64,000 nucleotides of DNA from Gammaproteobacteria bacterium (GTDB lineage: Bacteria > Pseudomonadota > Gammaproteobacteria > Eutrophobiales > Eutrophobiaceae). The stretch's first letter is position 1. The number at the start of each line of letters is the position of its first letter. The position numbers and the translations under genes are program-made. Positions 39,915 through 48,595 of the stretch are shown here, piece after piece. The stretch spans positions 512,001 to 576,000 of the forward strand of contig OZ220696.1 of the NCBI GenBank assembly GCA_965116495.1. The letters are read 5' to 3'. Below the pieces are notes generated by a model that worked only from the letters and a program-made list of their open reading frames with translations, did not search any database and was not told the DNA's origin.

Positions 39915-40946
39915 TCATGTGCGCCGAAGCACTTCGATTACAGCCTCACTCATAGGATTATTGGACGGCGTAGTAACATTACTGAGGCAGGTACTGAATC
40001 GTTCATCCAGATCTGCCTTGTCTATTTTGTCTTTGGCGCCAATCGCAACAATCTGTGATGCGGGTTTTACCTGACCCCAGGGTTCGCCTTTCGTCAGGGT
40101 CACGCGTTTGCCCGTCATCTGCAGGATAACCCTCTTATCCGGTACTTCATGGAGCTGGAGGATGCCCTTGCAGCGGAATATGGATAGCGGCAGCGACTGA
40201 AATGTCCGGTAAGCGGCTTCAAACCCCAATGGCTCGTCGTGTTGCCATGAAAAACTGGAGTAAGAGAGCGCATGGTCATCATGGTGATGGTGCTCATGTC
40301 CGGAGACTTTCCCTGGTTCCGGTTCGGTCAGCCCGGACGGCTGCGTATGTAACGACAAGCCGAGTAACAATTCCAGGGTGGCATCGGCCTGAATTGTAGT
40401 AATAACACGTGATTTTGGGGCTATCTCCTTTGTAAATACGATAACTTGTTCAGTGGTATCATCCGTTGCCAGGTCGGTTTTATTTATGATGGTGATATCG
40501 GCAACGGCTATCTGGTCCTCTGCCAGTTTCCCGTTCACCTCATCGAGATCGAGTACTTCACTGGCATCGATAACCGTGATGATAGCGTCGAGTTGCGTTG
40601 CCGCGGCAAGGCGGGTAGACATGACAACGGCCATTGCTGCGGCTCTGGGATCCGACACACCACTGGTTTCAACGACGATCATGTCAGGGCAGGGTTGCAG
40701 TTGCAGCAGTTGCTCAATGGCGCTGACAAGGTCATCCCGGATGCTGCAGCAGACACAGCCGTTGGTCAGGCTGATGGTTTCTCCTTCCACCCGGCTGATG
40801 AGCTGGGAGTCGATGTTGATTTCACCGAAGTCGTTTACCAGCACACCGATACGCCGGCCGTGCTCGCCATTCAGGATATGGTTCAGCAGGGTCGTCTTGC
40901 CGGCGCCGAGAAAACCGGCTACCAGGCTGACCGGAATTTTAGCCAT
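39915..40946 (-). CDS. COG0523/CobW-family metallochaperone GTPase
   Basis: GFLGAGKTT, GCVCC, ETSG, NKTD, His tract HEHHHHDDH. Confidence 0.93.
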   Translation of the reverse strand: MAKIPVSLVAGFLGAGKTTLLNHILNGEHGRRIGVLVNDFGEINIDSQLISRVEGETISLTNGCVCCSIRDDLVSAIEQLLQLQPCPDMIVVETSGVSDPRAAAMAVVMSTRLAAATQLDAIITVIDASEVLDLDEVNGKLAEDQIAVADITIINKTDLATDDTTEQVIVFTKEIAPKSRVITTIQADATLELLLGLSLHTQPSGLTEPEPGKVSGHEHHHHDDHALSYSSFSWQHDEPLGFEAAYRTFQSLPLSIFRCKGILQLHEVPDKRVILQMTGKRVTLTKGEPWGQVKPASQIVAIGAKDKIDKADLDERFSTCLSNVTTPSNNPMSEAVIEVLRRT

Positions 40947-41000
40947 AAGTATTGCTGTTCAGATTGTAAACTATATTATTAATGATTATACTCACAGAGA

Positions 41001-41087
41001 AATTAAGAATTAAGAATTAGGAATTACGAATTTGAAATCAGAGCTAGTATAGTGCCTTTCCTAATTCGTAATTCGTAACTCGTAATT
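41001..41087. repeat. Inverted arrays of heptamer tandem repeats (AATTANG / CNTAATT)
   Basis: AATTAAG AATTAAG AATTAGG AATTACG AATT, a spacer, then CCTAATT CGTAATT CGTAACT CGTAATT. Confidence 0.85.
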
Positions 41088-41093
41088 GATATA

Positions 41094-42482
41094 ATGAACT
41101 GCGACCTTCTCATCCGCAACGGTACCATTGTAACGCCGGAGAAAACTTTCCAGGGATATATTGCCGTTAACGCGGACAGGATAACGGCTATCGGCTCCGG
41201 TGATCCCTCAATCAGTGCTGCAACAGAGATTGATGCGCACGGCCGCTATGTCCTGCCCGGAATTATCGACCCGCATGCCCACCTGGGTTACATGGATACG
41301 CTGGAAGCTGTAGAGACAGAAACGAGAGCCGCGGCCTGCGGTGGCGTCACAACCCTGGGGGTATATATCCTGGCGTTGAAGGATGGGTTGTTAAGACAGT
41401 TTGAGCGTATTAAAACTACCTTTGAAGGCAAAAGCTTTATTGACGGATTCTGGCATCTTATGGTGATTGACGCCATTACCACCAGCGAGATAGAGACCTG
41501 TCCTGAAGAAGTCGGCCTGACCTCGTTCAAGTTCAACATGGGCTACAAAGGTCCCCATGCGGACCTCATCGGTATCACTGCGACCGATGACGGGGCGGTG
41601 TACAAGGGTTTCCGCATGATTAATGAATCCGGACCTCCCAGCCTGGCCGCGTGCCATACTGAAAATATTGATATTCACCTGATGCTGCGTGATGAACTGA
41701 TTGCACGGGGTCGTAATGACTTCGCAGTCTGGAACGAGTCGCGGCCTCCATTTGTAGAGGCGGAATGTATGCGCCGCGCCATTTACCTGGCTGAGAGCGC
41801 CGGGTGCCCGCTGTATATTCCCCATATTACCATCGCCGAGGGCGTAGATATAATCGCCGAAGCGCGTGAGAAAGGTGTTGAGGTAACCGGTGAGACCTGT
41901 CCGCAATACCTGACCCATAACGGTGAGGAACCAGCCCAGGTATTGCTGGATCATCCTGCCTGTGCCTGCGTCAACCCGCCGCTCAGGGACAAGGCAGCCA
42001 ATGAAAGGCTGTGGGCGGGGATAGCTGAGGGAACTATTCAGTGTGTAGGTTCCGACCTGGCCCCTACCACCCTAGCAATGAAAGGGGATGATATCTGGAA
42101 TGCACCCATGGGCCTGGGTAATACCTCGGAGTTGTTATTGCCCATCATGTTGAGCGAAGGAGTTAACAAGGGCCGGATCAGCCTGGAAAAGATAGCCGAA
42201 GTATGCGCCCTGAATCCTGCCCGGGTGTTTGGGGTTTCCCCCAGGAAAGGCCGACTTGCGGTCGGCGCCGACGCGGATATCGTCATCGTTGACCTGGAAA
42301 AGGAGGTCACGGTGAAGGCGGAGAACCTGCGCAGTATGTGCGACTGGAGTATTTATGACGGCTGGACATTAACAGGGTGGCCCACCCACACGATACTGCG
42401 CGGCCGGGTCATCGTCGAAGATGGAGAACCCTGTGAACATCAACCGGACCAGGGCAGGTATATTTCCCGGAATGACGTATGA
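41094..42482 (+). CDS. Cyclic amidohydrolase (dihydropyrimidinase/allantoinase/dihydroorotase family)
   Basis: PGIIDPHAH, FK (carboxylated Lys), HTEN, PHIT, ETCPQYL, NPPLR, GSD, GADADIVI. Confidence 0.92.
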   Translation: MNCDLLIRNGTIVTPEKTFQGYIAVNADRITAIGSGDPSISAATEIDAHGRYVLPGIIDPHAHLGYMDTLEAVETETRAAACGGVTTLGVYILALKDGLLRQFERIKTTFEGKSFIDGFWHLMVIDAITTSEIETCPEEVGLTSFKFNMGYKGPHADLIGITATDDGAVYKGFRMINESGPPSLAACHTENIDIHLMLRDELIARGRNDFAVWNESRPPFVEAECMRRAIYLAESAGCPLYIPHITIAEGVDIIAEAREKGVEVTGETCPQYLTHNGEEPAQVLLDHPACACVNPPLRDKAANERLWAGIAEGTIQCVGSDLAPTTLAMKGDDIWNAPMGLGNTSELLLPIMLSEGVNKGRISLEKIAEVCALNPARVFGVSPRKGRLAVGADADIVIVDLEKEVTVKAENLRSMCDWSIYDGWTLTGWPTHTILRGRVIVEDGEPCEHQPDQGRYISRNDV

Positions 42483-42565
42483 ACGGCATCCGGCAATATG
42501 AGCGACACCCGGCAAATATGAGCGGCATCCGAAAAAATCGTCATTCCGGCGAATGCCGGAATCCA
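42467..42565. repeat. Mosaic repeat: RPE/dRS3-like arms enclosing three ~19-20-bp tandem units
   Basis: CCGGAATGACG, then TATGAACGGCATCCGGCAA / TATGAGCGACACCCGGCAAA / TATGAGCGGCATCCGAAAA, then CGTCATTCCGGCGAATGCCGGAATCCA. Confidence 0.8.
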
Positions 42566-42593
42566 TTAAGCGCTCTCCCTTGATACCCAGGTA

Positions 42594-43484
42594 ATGATCC
42601 CCGAACAATACAGGCAATACGAGGATACCGTCACCCTGGGCTGTGTGAACTACAACAGTATCTGGAATGACAAGGCGGCCAGTATTGACAAGGTTAAAAA
42701 ACTGATCGGCGAGGCGGCAGTACAGGGGATTAATATCCTGGTATTTCCGGAGTTGTCATTGAGCGGTTACGAGACGAACGAAGACAACACCATGCACCGG
42801 GAGTTTGCCGAGACCATACCGGGTCCTGCTACTGAAGAGATTGCCGGGTTGACAAAAAAACTGGGAATCTACGTGGTCCTGGGAATGCCGGAATGTGACG
42901 TTGATAACGCTGACACCTGTTACATTTCCTGCCCGTTGCTCGGTCCTGAAGGGTTGGTTGGCACTTATCGAAAACTGCACCTCGGCACGCCACCCCTGTT
43001 TAAGGAGAGTTTATGTTTTTCAGGCGGCGACAGCGTGCCGGTATTTTCAACACGGTACGGCCCGATAGGGATACAGATTTGCGCCGATTTCTGGGTCTTT
43101 CCCGAACTTTCCCGCATCCTGATGCTGAAAGGCGCACGCATCATCGTCAACAGCACCGCCAGCATGACAATGCCGGGGAGACCGTTTTATATGACATCCA
43201 TGACCGCGGCCCGGGCAACGGAAAACATGGTCTATACGGCCAGCGCCAACCTGGCAGGTAAAGAGCATACACTCTCGTATTATGGCCACAGTACCATTGC
43301 AGGTCCGGCGTTCCCGCGCTTTTCCCATATCTATGCCCAGGCCGAGGACAAGGAAGAGATCATCAGCGCCACATTAAGTTTTGATAAATTACACCGGTTT
43401 CGCGACGCGGTGGCGCTGGACAGGATCAGGCGTTCCGAGGTGATCCGTGACGAGTTTAACCACCTGGACACCAGCAGGAATTAA
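42594..43484 (+). CDS. Carbon-nitrogen hydrolase (nitrilase superfamily)
   Basis: Catalytic triad motifs VFPEL, YRKLHL, ICADF..PE. Confidence 0.92.
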   Translation: MIPEQYRQYEDTVTLGCVNYNSIWNDKAASIDKVKKLIGEAAVQGINILVFPELSLSGYETNEDNTMHREFAETIPGPATEEIAGLTKKLGIYVVLGMPECDVDNADTCYISCPLLGPEGLVGTYRKLHLGTPPLFKESLCFSGGDSVPVFSTRYGPIGIQICADFWVFPELSRILMLKGARIIVNSTASMTMPGRPFYMTSMTAARATENMVYTASANLAGKEHTLSYYGHSTIAGPAFPRFSHIYAQAEDKEEIISATLSFDKLHRFRDAVALDRIRRSEVIRDEFNHLDTSRN

Positions 43485-43496
43485 CCGGGGGACGGC

Positions 43497-43967
43497 ATGC
43501 CGGAACTCAGCAGAGAAATTATCGTCAATGCGCCCCTGGAAGAGACCTGGGCGCTGGTCAGCGACATGGAGCGTTTCAGCCTGTGTATTCCGGGGTGCAA
43601 GGAAGTCAGGCCGGTAAGTGAAACGGAATTTGACTGGAAACTGGAAACCAAAGTCCTGCGCACCACCCGTAAGGCAACCGCGCGTACCAGGACAGTAAAG
43701 ATGGAGCCGCCCACCCACTCTGAATTTGTCGGTGAGGGGCGCTTGTTCGAGCGTTCGAACCATTACAAATTAACGATAACAGGTACAACGGATCTTGAAA
43801 CAATGGCAAAAGACAGGACCCGGATAATTTTCACCGGTGATGTCAGGGCCAGCGGCCTGGGTGGCGCAATCATCGAAAAGGTGGCGGCAGGACAGATGGA
43901 CGGCCTGTTTGCTGAATTTGAAGAAAATATCAAACGCGCCCTGGACAGCGGCAGCGAAACTGAATGA
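43497..43967 (+). CDS. CoxG/SRPBCC-family protein
   Basis: W.LVSDMERFSLCIPGC; directly upstream of the M-S-L genes. Confidence 0.8.
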   Translation: MPELSREIIVNAPLEETWALVSDMERFSLCIPGCKEVRPVSETEFDWKLETKVLRTTRKATARTRTVKMEPPTHSEFVGEGRLFERSNHYKLTITGTTDLETMAKDRTRIIFTGDVRASGLGGAIIEKVAAGQMDGLFAEFEENIKRALDSGSETE

Positions 43968-43993
43968 ATACTACACATTACGAGGAATAGCGG

Positions 43994-44860
43994 ATGGAAT
44001 ATTACAGCCCGACCGAGCTGAACGAGGCTTATTCATTACTGGATAAATACGGAGACGGCGCCATACCCATTGCCGGGAGTACGTTTTACATGGGGCACCG
44101 GGAAGAATTGTTTGATGAAGTGGAGGCGGTGATCAATATAAAAAAACTCGGCTTGAGCTATATCAGGCAGAGTGAGGACGGGCTGTGTATTGGCGCCACT
44201 ACGACCTTGAACGAGATTTATACCCATGAACTGACCAGCCGGGGTATTTACGGGATCCTGTCAACAACGGTTAATGAACTCAACATCAATGAAGTAAGGA
44301 ACATGGCTACCATCGGCGGTGAGGTGTGTATTGCCGGCGAAGTGGATATGCCGACAACCCTGCTTGCGTATGACGCCGGCATCGTCATCGGCGGCAGCAA
44401 GGGTGAGCGCCGGATATCCATGGCGGATTTTCATATCGGCTACCTCAACAATGCCCTGGAAGATGGGGAGATGGTGCTTGAAGTCCATATCCCGCAACCG
44501 CCTGCCAACACCGGTGGAGGCTTTGCCAAATTTGAAAGAACCGCAGCAGATTTACCCATCGTCAACGTGGCAACCCGGGTATCGCTGGATAATGCCGGTA
44601 CCTGTGTGGATGCAAGAGTCGTCGCCGGGGCTGCCACGATATCGGGCGTGCCCAACCGCTCCGCTGCGGCGGAGTCTGTCCTCCTCAACCAGGAAATAGA
44701 TGATGCATTGATTGAAACGGCGGCGGCCGCATCCGCTGATATCGAATGTATCCATGACTTTCGCGTCTCCGCCGAGATCCGCAGTCTGTGGGTCCGTTGC
44801 GGCATTGAAGACGCCTTGAAACGGGCCGTTGAGCAGGCGCGGCAAGGAGGTGTAGCGTGA
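43994..44860 (+). CDS. Molybdenum hydroxylase FAD subunit (CoxM/XdhB-like)
   Basis: YYSPTELNEA, IAGST, IGATTT, RNMATIGG. Confidence 0.9.
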   Translation: MEYYSPTELNEAYSLLDKYGDGAIPIAGSTFYMGHREELFDEVEAVINIKKLGLSYIRQSEDGLCIGATTTLNEIYTHELTSRGIYGILSTTVNELNINEVRNMATIGGEVCIAGEVDMPTTLLAYDAGIVIGGSKGERRISMADFHIGYLNNALEDGEMVLEVHIPQPPANTGGGFAKFERTAADLPIVNVATRVSLDNAGTCVDARVVAGAATISGVPNRSAAAESVLLNQEIDDALIETAAAASADIECIHDFRVSAEIRSLWVRCGIEDALKRAVEQARQGGVA

Positions 44861-45333
44861 ATGCGATCAGTTTGAATGTCAACGACGAAACCCATGAGGT
44901 CCTGGTCAAACCCCATTGGTCTCTGGCCTACGTCATCCGGGAAAAAATAGGCTTGACCGGCACCAAGACCGGTTGTGAGATGGGCACCTGTGGTTCCTGC
45001 ACCCTGCTGCTGGACGGCAAACCGATTTTTTCCTGCCTGAGAATGGCGATTGATGCACAAGACAGTGATATACGCACTATCGAAGGTATTGAGGAAGAGA
45101 ACAACGGCGAGTTGCACCCGCTGCAGGAAGCGTTCATGCAGGACCACGGTATGCAATGCGGGTTCTGTACTCCCGGGATGATCCTGGCCGCGAAACACCT
45201 CCTGGACCATAATCCCGAACCCACGGAGCAGGAGGTAAGAGAGGCTATCGGCGGACACTTATGCCGTTGCGGCACCTACATCAGGATCGTTAGTTCCATA
45301 TTGAACGCGGCCGAAGCCATGAGAAATACCTGA
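44857..45333 (+). CDS. Molybdenum hydroxylase [2Fe-2S] subunit (CoxS-like)
   Basis: GCEMGTCGSCT..SC, QCGFCTPG, HLCRCG. Confidence 0.95.
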   Translation: MNAISLNVNDETHEVLVKPHWSLAYVIREKIGLTGTKTGCEMGTCGSCTLLLDGKPIFSCLRMAIDAQDSDIRTIEGIEEENNGELHPLQEAFMQDHGMQCGFCTPGMILAAKHLLDHNPEPTEQEVREAIGGHLCRCGTYIRIVSSILNAAEAMRNT

Positions 45334-45347
45334 GGAGGTAGTGGAAA

Positions 45348-47651
45348 ATGACAACTGAGACGTCCGTAATCGGCAAAAGTTTACCCTTGCTGGATGCCTA
45401 CGAAAAAGTCACCGGCAGGTTAAAATATGCTGCTGATATCCCCCCCATGCACCGCATGCACCATGCGAAAGTGTTGCGCAGCCCATATGCCCATGCAAAG
45501 GTTGTACATATTGACACTTCCGCCGCGCAGGCGCTGCCGGGTGTCAGTGCGGTGATTACCCATAAAGATGATATCACCGGGAAGCAAAAGACCTGTGGCG
45601 CTCCGTGGCACGATTACAGTTTCAATTTCAGGGGGCCCATGATATCGGACGAGGTCTGCTACGTGGGGGACGAGGTTGCGGTCGTATCCGCTATTGATGA
45701 AGAAACCGCGAAGGAAGCCGTCAAGCTGATTGAAGTGGACTATGAGGAGTTGCCCGCCGTATTCGACATGGAAGAGGCCATGAAAGAGGGTGCGCCGCAG
45801 GTACGCCCATGGGGGCCGAACAGCCTGCCGCCTTCCCTGTTTGAATGGGGAGACATTGAGAAAGGTTTCGAGGAAGCGGACTATATCATTGAAAATCGCA
45901 TTACCCTGGGAAACCAGCAGCATGCCCCCCTGGATAGAAACGCCTGTATAGCCCACTGGGAAGGGGACAGTGTCTCGATGTGGACGTCCACCCAGGCCCT
46001 GTTCTGGATCAGGGACGCGGTGACCGAGTTTTTTGAGCTCTCACCCAGCAAGGTCCGGGTTCACAGCACACCCACAGGTGGTTCATTTGGTTTGTGGTGG
46101 GGCAATAACTTTATGCTGCTGGCTGTTGCCATAGCCAGGAAGGCGCGCCGGCCGGTGCGTCTGGTGCTGACCCGGGATGAGGTCCAGACCACGGTCAAAC
46201 GGCGCGAGCGGCCCCTGATTGACGCTAAAATCGGCATAACCAAAGACGGGAAAATGGTTGCCCAGTCTTACCGTCATTTGATGGATAACGGCGCCTACGG
46301 GAATAAATTCGATCCGTACCAGTCCGTCGCTGATATTTATACCACCGAACATGCCCGCGTTGAGTTTATCGGCGTGGCGACAAATTTATTGCCGGCAGGG
46401 TGCATGCGCGGCGTGGGTGATCTGACCCTGGCTTATGCCATTGAGCAGACGGCAGATATGGCAGCGGAGAAAGTCGGTATGGACCCGGTTGAGTTTCATC
46501 TGAAGAATCACTGGAAGACCGGCGATATCTGCCATACCTCCCAGGAAGTAGTCTTCGCCAAGCTGTTATTCAATAAAAGCCCGGAGGTCGAGTTGACCAG
46601 CTCCGGACTGGCCGAATGCATTACCAGGGGCGCTGACGCCATCGGCTGGAAAGATAAATGGAAGGGCTGGGGCAAGCCGTCTTCCATCGAGGGGAGTAAA
46701 CTGCGCGGCGTGGGTATGGGTATCTCCACGCATATCAGCGGACTGGCATTCTTCGGTTTTAACGGCATCACCCTCAAGGTTAATCCAGACGGCACCATGG
46801 CGCTGACCACGGGTATCGGACGTATGGGGCAGGCCGGCGATACGACCCAGGCCATGGTGGCAGCAGAGGTAATGGGCGTCGAACTGGAAGATATCAACGT
46901 CATCGACGGTGATACGGAAGTCTGCGGGCATACCATGGTGACTTTTGGCAGTAACGGTATGCATATGGTGGCGCGGGCCACCAAAGCCGCCGCCGAACAT
47001 GCCAGGGAGCAAGTCCTGGAGTATGCAGCCAAACACCTTGAAGCCAATCCCGCGGACCTGGACATCAAGGACCGCCGGGTCTTTGTCAAGGGCAGCGAGG
47101 AACGCGGCGTTACCCTCAAGGAGTTGATGAGCACACCGATTTACCAGTACCTGGCGGCGCCGGAAGTGATAGGTAGTGCATCCAAAGGGGTTGAGTTCGA
47201 CAAGGCAGGCAAGATGATGATGGCGGATTTTGCCGAAGTTGAGATCGATACCCGCACCGCGCAGATGAAATTAATCAGGTTTGTCGCGGTGCATGACAGC
47301 GGCACCATCGTCAACCCGGCCGTGTGCGAGAATCAGGTGGCGGGCGGATACTACCAGTCAATGGGATTTTCCACCACTGAGCACCTGGTGTTCGATGACG
47401 AAACCGGCGCCATCCTGAATCCCAATTTCATGGACTATAAAATCATGGGTCCCCTGGATATGCCCGACCCGGAGATCATGTTCGAGGAGGTGTATGATGA
47501 ACACGGTCCGTTCGGGGCAAAAGGGATTGGCGAAGGCGTCACCTGTGCGGTGCCCATTGCCATATCCAATGCCGTGTACAACGCAATCGGCGTCCGTCTC
47601 GACCCCCCCATCACGCCGGATAAGATACTGCAGGCACTAAAATCAAAGTAA
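45348..47651 (+). CDS. Xanthine-oxidase-family molybdopterin large subunit (not CO dehydrogenase)
   Basis: KVTG..Y, LRSPYAHA, GGSFG, active-site loop GCMRGVG, FGAKGIGE. Confidence 0.93.
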   Translation: MTTETSVIGKSLPLLDAYEKVTGRLKYAADIPPMHRMHHAKVLRSPYAHAKVVHIDTSAAQALPGVSAVITHKDDITGKQKTCGAPWHDYSFNFRGPMISDEVCYVGDEVAVVSAIDEETAKEAVKLIEVDYEELPAVFDMEEAMKEGAPQVRPWGPNSLPPSLFEWGDIEKGFEEADYIIENRITLGNQQHAPLDRNACIAHWEGDSVSMWTSTQALFWIRDAVTEFFELSPSKVRVHSTPTGGSFGLWWGNNFMLLAVAIARKARRPVRLVLTRDEVQTTVKRRERPLIDAKIGITKDGKMVAQSYRHLMDNGAYGNKFDPYQSVADIYTTEHARVEFIGVATNLLPAGCMRGVGDLTLAYAIEQTADMAAEKVGMDPVEFHLKNHWKTGDICHTSQEVVFAKLLFNKSPEVELTSSGLAECITRGADAIGWKDKWKGWGKPSSIEGSKLRGVGMGISTHISGLAFFGFNGITLKVNPDGTMALTTGIGRMGQAGDTTQAMVAAEVMGVELEDINVIDGDTEVCGHTMVTFGSNGMHMVARATKAAAEHAREQVLEYAAKHLEANPADLDIKDRRVFVKGSEERGVTLKELMSTPIYQYLAAPEVIGSASKGVEFDKAGKMMMADFAEVEIDTRTAQMKLIRFVAVHDSGTIVNPAVCENQVAGGYYQSMGFSTTEHLVFDDETGAILNPNFMDYKIMGPLDMPDPEIMFEEVYDEHGPFGAKGIGEGVTCAVPIAISNAVYNAIGVRLDPPITPDKILQALKSK

Positions 47652-47817
47652 TGATCCGATGTAAAATAACCTGTCCTGGTGAAACGTGGCGGATGAGACA
47701 AGCTGAAGATTTTAACGCAGGATATTTTTCGCCAAGCGAACCGGGTGGGGAGAGAAGGAAGGAGTGTACATAAGGTACATGACTGACTGAACGAAGAAGC
47801 CCGGTGAAGCATGGCGG

Positions 47818-48492
47818 ATGAGACAAGTTAAAATGGCTCGAGATATTGACAGCGCCGTAGACCTCCTCAAACGGGATATCCTGCAGGGACGGTTCGTGCC
47901 CGGCCAGCGCCTGGTGGAAATAGACATCATGTCCCACCTGGATATTACCCGGGGGCGGGTGCGTGACGTCTTTAAACGCCTGCACGCAGAAGGGATCGTG
48001 CAGCTTGACAAAAACCGGGGCGCGTCCGTGAGGAAGGTTTCCCGGGAAGAGGTACACAATATTGTTGAGGTGCTTGAAGAGATATCTATCCTGATTGTCA
48101 AAAGAGTCGGCAATCAAACCGAGGATCAGGAGATGCAACACCGCTTGCGTACGTCGCTCGGCAACGCCAATAAATTCCATGCGCATTCTGTCAACATTAT
48201 CAAGGTGCTGGAATACATGGACGAGAACGCCCGGTTCTGGGGAGACCTGGCTGAACTGGCCGGCAACCCGGTGTTATCGGATATCAGGATGCGACTGCAA
48301 GCCCCGTTATTCAGGCTGGCCATGGAGGGCTTGACGGTAAGCGGCAGCCAGGAGCAATGGATTGCCCGACATGAGGAGATTATCACGGCTTTGCTGAACA
48401 GGAATACCGACCTTGCCGTCCGCCATGCGAGAAAATCCATGCACGACGTCTGGAAGGCTATCCTTGAACTGCCAGGCAGCGCTTTCGCCTGA
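47818..48492 (+). CDS. GntR-family regulator (FCD domain)
   Basis: ILQGRFVPGQRLVE..TRGRVRD..L.AEGIV..NRGASV. The start could be at 47833. Confidence 0.9.
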   Translation: MRQVKMARDIDSAVDLLKRDILQGRFVPGQRLVEIDIMSHLDITRGRVRDVFKRLHAEGIVQLDKNRGASVRKVSREEVHNIVEVLEEISILIVKRVGNQTEDQEMQHRLRTSLGNANKFHAHSVNIIKVLEYMDENARFWGDLAELAGNPVLSDIRMRLQAPLFRLAMEGLTVSGSQEQWIARHEEIITALLNRNTDLAVRHARKSMHDVWKAILELPGSAFA

Positions 48493-48499
48493 GGTAACA

Positions 48500-48574
48500 G
48501 GGGACAGACCCCCGCTTACAACCCTGCCTCGGGGCCAGGGCAGGCATGCGGGGGCATGCTTAAATCTGTCCCCC
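48500..48574. repeat. REP-like element GGGGACAGA..TAAATCTGTCCCC with internal hairpin
   Basis: Inverted arms enclose CCCCGC..CCCTG..CAGGG..GCGGGG. It lies between convergent genes and may also act as a terminator. Confidence 0.7.
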
Positions 48575-48595
48575 GTTATCGCGCTTCCCCCGGCA

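Noticed and set aside
40947-41000. Zur box upstream of the COG0523 gene
   Set aside because: AT-rich, but no convincing match to the GAAATGTTATA-N-TATAACATTTC palindrome.
42478-42535. Mini CRISPR array
   Set aside because: The units are contiguous, about 19-20 bp, without unique spacers, and there are no cas genes.
44440-45258. 272-aa minus-strand ORF
   Set aside because: Antisense shadow of the conserved M and S subunit genes.
45348-47651. Aerobic CO dehydrogenase (coxMSL with coxDEG)
   Set aside because: The active-site loop is GCMRGVG, not AYxCSFR (form I) or AYxGAGR (form II). CoxD/E/G-like genes accompany many Mo-hydroxylases.
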